Source: Spirochaetia bacterium
GTDB lineage: Bacteria > Spirochaetota > Spirochaetia > DSM-2461
Direction of reading: 5' to 3'
Assembly: GCA_963668315.1 (NCBI GenBank)
Contig: OY764216.1
Coordinates: 4,256,001 to 4,320,000 of the forward strand
Length of the DNA: 64,000 nucleotides
Positions 59,723 through 64,000 of this stretch are shown piece by piece. Below the pieces are notes generated by a model. That model worked only from the letters and a program-made list of their open reading frames with translations. It was not told where the DNA came from and did no database searches. The number at the start of each line of letters is the position of its first letter. Position 1 is the first letter of the stretch. The translations under genes were made by a program, and so were the position numbers.

Positions 59723-60580
59723 ATGAATACTAAAGTAATGATAATCCTGACGGCTGTTTTCCTATTTACCATTTCATGCGACAAAGGAGATAACATGTTT
59801 CTTTCCCGTTCCCGGCTTTCCGACGTTAACCCAGGAAAAGGATCTCCCCAGATAGTGACTCTAAGACAAAATATGAAGAAAAAATCCTTTCTTCTTCAAT
59901 TTCCGGCGGATTATCAGGCTGATAAAACTTATCCGCTAGTTATAGCCTTGCATGGCTGGACAGAAAAGGAAGATTACTATTTCAGGCCATTCGAAGAAGA
60001 GCAAAATGATAGGCAAGAATACCCATGTATTTACCTGGCGCCCAACAATACCACCTATGGATGGGGAGAAAAGGCAGCTTGGGCAAGAAAAATCGCCGCC
60101 GAGCTGACTGTCCAATATCCAATAGATGAGGAACGTATCTATATCATAGGATTTTCCATGGGAGGTTCCGGCTCATTTGACTTTGCCGAATCCCTCTATA
60201 AAGAACAGGGTCTGATGGCCGCAGCCATTCTGCGATGCGCCGGCATGAGCCGCCCCACCCTTAAAGAGCCGCTTTTCTTTCGTACAGCCCTGAGTTATAA
60301 TATAGGGGACCGGGATTCACTGGAAAATGTATTCGAAACCTTTCAGGAATCAATGACCTATTACAGCAAAAACACAAACACATCCATAGGGAATGAAGAA
60401 ATTACCTTTAGCTACAAAGAGAGGCAAATCATCAAAACCACCAAATCACTTACGGATAATGATTCGGGGTTAGAGAAGTATAGGTTTAGCCTCTATTCCC
60501 CCATGAGTCATGAGTATGGACCGGTTTTTCTGACCGATGAAGAGTATGGATGGCTTTTCAGTCAGTCCTTGGGAAAATAG
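59723..60580 (+). CDS. Alpha/beta-hydrolase (esterase-like) lipoprotein
   Basis: Signal ending TISC; YPLVIALHG and IDEERIYIIGFSMGG nucleophile elbow. Confidence 0.75.
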   Translation: MNTKVMIILTAVFLFTISCDKGDNMFLSRSRLSDVNPGKGSPQIVTLRQNMKKKSFLLQFPADYQADKTYPLVIALHGWTEKEDYYFRPFEEEQNDRQEYPCIYLAPNNTTYGWGEKAAWARKIAAELTVQYPIDEERIYIIGFSMGGSGSFDFAESLYKEQGLMAAAILRCAGMSRPTLKEPLFFRTALSYNIGDRDSLENVFETFQESMTYYSKNTNTSIGNEEITFSYKERQIIKTTKSLTDNDSGLEKYRFSLYSPMSHEYGPVFLTDEEYGWLFSQSLGK

Positions 60581-60602
60581 AATTACCCTTTATAGTCAAT
60601 TC

Positions 60603-61652
60603 TTATTTATATATTTTACCCTTACGATAAACGGATAAGGCATAGATAAAGAAGGATAGAGAAATAAAGAATTCCTTATATTCTGTGACTTCCCAAATAC
60701 GAGAGAAAGCATCACCTTTCCACAAGAACAAAATCTGAGTAAGAGAGACAAGAATTGTTGTAAGATATAAAAATAACTTGTCCTGACTATCTTTATTTAA
60801 AGTAGAAAGATAGAATAATATTACCACAGCGCCGCAGAAAGAGATCTGAATAAAACTTATATTCCACATATCAAAATTATACGCACACGGAATAGCTCCG
60901 GTTACTACTATAAAAGTACCAGGCCAGAAATAAGAAAGGAAGTCATTTTTCTTTATATAGGGTATTTTTATTTTTAAGAACGGCATGACAACCAGGAATA
61001 GAAAAGAACCGAAATAAAACATGAGCTCAAGACGATCGGTGGCAAAATTATGAAAATTCATTTCGCTTTGAATATTATTTTTAAAGGAATCGGGCGTTTC
61101 AATATTGAAGACCCGTTGAAACCAAGAAATTTCTTCTCCTGCCATGACAAAAAAGATGAGGCAAAAAAAGCAAAGCATAAATAGAATACTTTTATTCTTA
61201 TGCCTGAAATTTTTCAAAAAAGACATAAAAAATACAATGCTGCTTAGGAAAAATAGAACGGCAGTACCCCATTCGACAATACCGTCTTCTAATGATAATT
61301 TGCTAAAAGCAGAGGGCTTAAATATAAAAATCAATAAAAAGAAGAGAGAGAGAAAATAACCAATAAATGTAAATATATTATTTATTGAATTTTTATTTTC
61401 AACACTAAAAATTATCACCTGATTATCATCACCAATGCTCTTAATATATCCGAACAAAAGCAGTAATGAAATAAAGATGAGTATGCTTTGTAACAGATAT
61501 TCTTCAGTAAAAATGGGTAAATCTTCTTCCAGAGCGTACGGCTTTAAGGTATCAATTCCAAATACCAAAATCATTCCCACGAATCCTATAATCAGTGCGA
61601 TATTTCTTAAATGTCTATGAATTAATTTATTTGAGGATTTCATATTCAACAA
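60603..61652 (-). CDS. Polytopic membrane protein of unknown function
   Basis: Multi-TM; EDGIVEW, GEEISWFQR and N.Q.E.NFHN motifs. Confidence 0.7.
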   Translation of the reverse strand: MLNMKSSNKLIHRHLRNIALIIGFVGMILVFGIDTLKPYALEEDLPIFTEEYLLQSILIFISLLLLFGYIKSIGDDNQVIIFSVENKNSINNIFTFIGYFLSLFFLLIFIFKPSAFSKLSLEDGIVEWGTAVLFFLSSIVFFMSFLKNFRHKNKSILFMLCFFCLIFFVMAGEEISWFQRVFNIETPDSFKNNIQSEMNFHNFATDRLELMFYFGSFLFLVVMPFLKIKIPYIKKNDFLSYFWPGTFIVVTGAIPCAYNFDMWNISFIQISFCGAVVILFYLSTLNKDSQDKLFLYLTTILVSLTQILFLWKGDAFSRIWEVTEYKEFFISLSFFIYALSVYRKGKIYK

Positions 61653-61737
61653 TGCTCCTTTCCAGCAATATTCATACCTGCTTCAGTTTTGTGTTCACCA
61701 GAAGAAGTTTATATAATGCCCGAATTCCATTATCGGC

Positions 61738-62589
61738 CTATGGAATTGATTCCTTGAAAAACCTAATAAAACCATCACTTCGACCCGGTTCTATTTTACG
61801 GGCAAACAAAGCCTGACTCTCATCCGCAGAAGCAATATCTTCTTCTGTAAGCACCCGCGGTGGGAAGGGGTTAGGATGTTCCCAATCGGTATAGGTAAGA
61901 TTGTAACCTGTTAATTTATACTTATACTTCGAATTACACAATATGGTTTGAATGAAAAGTTCATCCGGGATGAATGTATTTCTAAAAAACCTTGTCACCC
62001 TTGGATTATTCCTGACATATTCCAGCAGATAGTTTACGCAATCCCCCGTTAATACCCACCATTGGTGTCCGCCGAAAGGTTCCAGACCATTAGGAATTCT
62101 CCTTTTCACAGGAATATAAATATGGTATTTTCTTAAGAAAAAATGCCAATGATAAACTCTTCTGAGGGATTGAAAATAGGATCCCTGTTCCGTCCATCTA
62201 TTATTTTCATGAATAGAAAAGTACTCAATAAACTGTTTATCCCGATGTTTATTCAAATAATCCTTTATTTCATAAATCGATTTCAAAGGATAATCCTGAC
62301 CGGATATCAATATGACATGACTATATGTCTCATTATTTCCATTAATAAGGGACAGACTATTTAATGTGGCTTGGACTATGCTAAACTGCCCCCAGCGGGG
62401 GGCCACCCTCTTCTCAATCAAGAATACATTATTATATTTCCCCGATTCTTTTAGAATCTTATCAAATGTGTCAGCTGCTCTTCTATCTATATGAATAAAG
62501 AGATGATCCCCATCCACACCAAGAATATCGATAAGATTAAGGATTTTTTCGGGATATTTATGGCCAAGTATTAGAAATGCTAATTTCAT
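61738..62589 (-). CDS. GT14-like (core-2/I-branching) glycosyltransferase
   Basis: LAFLILGHK, IHID, WGQFSIV.A, ISGQDYPL, GHQWW, PDELFIQT and LFARK. Confidence 0.87.
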   Translation of the reverse strand: MKLAFLILGHKYPEKILNLIDILGVDGDHLFIHIDRRAADTFDKILKESGKYNNVFLIEKRVAPRWGQFSIVQATLNSLSLINGNNETYSHVILISGQDYPLKSIYEIKDYLNKHRDKQFIEYFSIHENNRWTEQGSYFQSLRRVYHWHFFLRKYHIYIPVKRRIPNGLEPFGGHQWWVLTGDCVNYLLEYVRNNPRVTRFFRNTFIPDELFIQTILCNSKYKYKLTGYNLTYTDWEHPNPFPPRVLTEEDIASADESQALFARKIEPGRSDGFIRFFKESIP

Positions 62590-62920
62590 TTAAACAGGAT
62601 CCCTTCGCTCGCCATGATGTTCTTCCTGAGCATGAATATTCCCTTCACGATATAAAAACCATTTTATTGAAATAAAACTATTCTATAGTTATACACCTAT
62701 TAGTTCAAGGTTATTTGATTTCTACAATTACAAACTGCTACATTAAAGCATCATTCACAGATTTTTATCTAGATTATAAAACACTTTCTACAAGTAATTA
62801 CCATCTTTATTATATTTCCCATGCATCAAATAAACAAACAAAGCTTATATAACTTTGATATAAGAATACGTAGTTATTCAAAACGTTATTACAAAATATA
62901 AAAGCTGAGGTGAAAAGTTT

Positions 62921-64000
62921 ATGAAAGGAATATTATTACCATTATTATTAATATCTCTCTATAGTTGCGCATTAGCAGTTAATTTTACAGAAGCGGACAG
63001 TGAAGAATCCGTTTGGACCACCTATGAACCGGATTCAAACAGTAGAATCATTTACGTTAGTTCTTCTGTAGGGGATGATACAAATGATGGACTTTCAGAA
63101 GAAACTGCCGTAGAAACACTAACACGAGGTGCGGCACTCGTAAGAGACGGGGAATATGATTTCCTTCTTCTTCGCAGAGGGGATACCTGGCGAGGCGAGG
63201 ATCTTTATCGCTTCAAATCCGGCAGGGATGCCGACCACCCCATGGTAATTGCTTCCTACGGAACATCTATGGAAATGCCCCGAATAGAATTAGCAACATA
63301 TTTTATTAATCATAACGGTGCAGAAAGGAATTATCTGGCCATTATGGATCTGGAATTCATATCCTATCCAAAGATACCCACTGACCCGGAGTTTGATGGA
63401 TCAAACGGTGGAGGATTACGTTTCGTCGGCGGAGGGACAGGGATATTGGTTGAGGGCTGCCGTTTTACTTATAGCGAATTGCAGGTACAATCATATGGCG
63501 ACTATCATTATGACGGAGTAAGCATACGTAGAAATGTGATAGAAAAAAACTACCATATTAATACGGCAAATCAGAACTCTGCCTACAGACCCTCGGGAAT
63601 ATACGCCTCCCATGTACAGAATCTTCTCATAGAGGAGAATCTTTTTGACCATAACGGTTGGAATGAAGATGTGGATACAGCAGATGCCTCAATGTACAAC
63701 CATAATATGTATCTGAACGGCTGTGATGACCTGGTTGTACAGAGAAATATCATTACCCGATCATCCAGTATGGGAATAAAACTTCGCTCAGACGAGACTT
63801 CAGACTCCCAGGGAATTACAATTAAAGACAATATCTTTGCCGATGGCGAAATAGGCCTGAGCGTCGGGGGAAATACCAGTGAAGAGATAAGATTTGAAGA
63901 TGTACTGGTCCAGGGAAATGTGTTTTCCCAAATCGGTTTAAGTAACGCCAGCGGACGAAACTTTGCCTGGTTTTTAGATATCCAGGATAATGCCCGAACA
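62921..64000 (+). CDS. Beta-helix lipoprotein, 5' part, runs off the right edge
   Basis: Not in ORF track. GAGGTG RBS; MKGILLPLLLISLYSC lipobox; open for 360 codons; shares NSRIIY, DHNGW, NHN.Y and DGEIG.S.GGNT with 27434-29191. Confidence 0.8.
   Translation, partial: MKGILLPLLLISLYSCALAVNFTEADSEESVWTTYEPDSNSRIIYVSSSVGDDTNDGLSEETAVETLTRGAALVRDGEYDFLLLRRGDTWRGEDLYRFKSGRDADHPMVIASYGTSMEMPRIELATYFINHNGAERNYLAIMDLEFISYPKIPTDPEFDGSNGGGLRFVGGGTGILVEGCRFTYSELQVQSYGDYHYDGVSIRRNVIEKNYHINTANQNSAYRPSGIYASHVQNLLIEENLFDHNGWNEDVDTADASMYNHNMYLNGCDDLVVQRNIITRSSSMGIKLRSDETSDSQGITIKDNIFADGEIGLSVGGNTSEEIRFEDVLVQGNVFSQIGLSNASGRNFAWFLDIQDNART

Noticed and set aside
1..64000. CRISPR array, tRNA/rRNA, or additional lasso precursors in intergenic gaps
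   Set aside because: By eye I saw no regularly spaced repeats, RNA-gene signatures or second YxxP...T-x-G ORF. A covariance-model and small-ORF scan would be needed to exclude them.

Overview
Bacterial accessory region with three interleaved systems. The host is unknown; lipoprotein signals such as LYSC and TISC weakly suggest a spirochaete. (1) 1-4658 is a lasso-peptide (RiPP) cluster. It has a 56-aa precursor (462-632, minus) and an HPr-kinase-like peptide kinase (1-401, minus), both absent from the ORF track, plus a nucleotidyltransferase, ABC exporter, B2 leader peptidase and B1 RRE. No adjacent cyclase lies in the window. (2) About 4.8-29 kb and 44.7-64 kb form a large Wzx/Wzy surface-polysaccharide locus with GT2, GT4, WecB/TagA, GT61 and GT14 glycosyltransferases, two flippases and a polymerase. 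A dispersed NRPS-PKS tool kit is woven through it: KS-AT-ACP-TE(Cys), two paralogous C-A-T modules, A-T-TE, an adenylation-carrier-membrane-acyltransferase fusion, a free ACP, three AsnB-family proteins, MBOAT plus SGNH-like protein, and AT3 acyltransferases. This suggests thiotemplated peptide/polyketide decoration of a glycan. (3) 29.4-44.7 kb is a nested insertion-sequence pile-up: two IS3, three IS256 of one type, two IS256 of a second type, a four-gene TG..CA transposon, a MITE-like element and an IS66 remnant, around an AT-rich rgpF-like/acyltransferase pair. All calls come from reading motifs by eye; no database searches were run.
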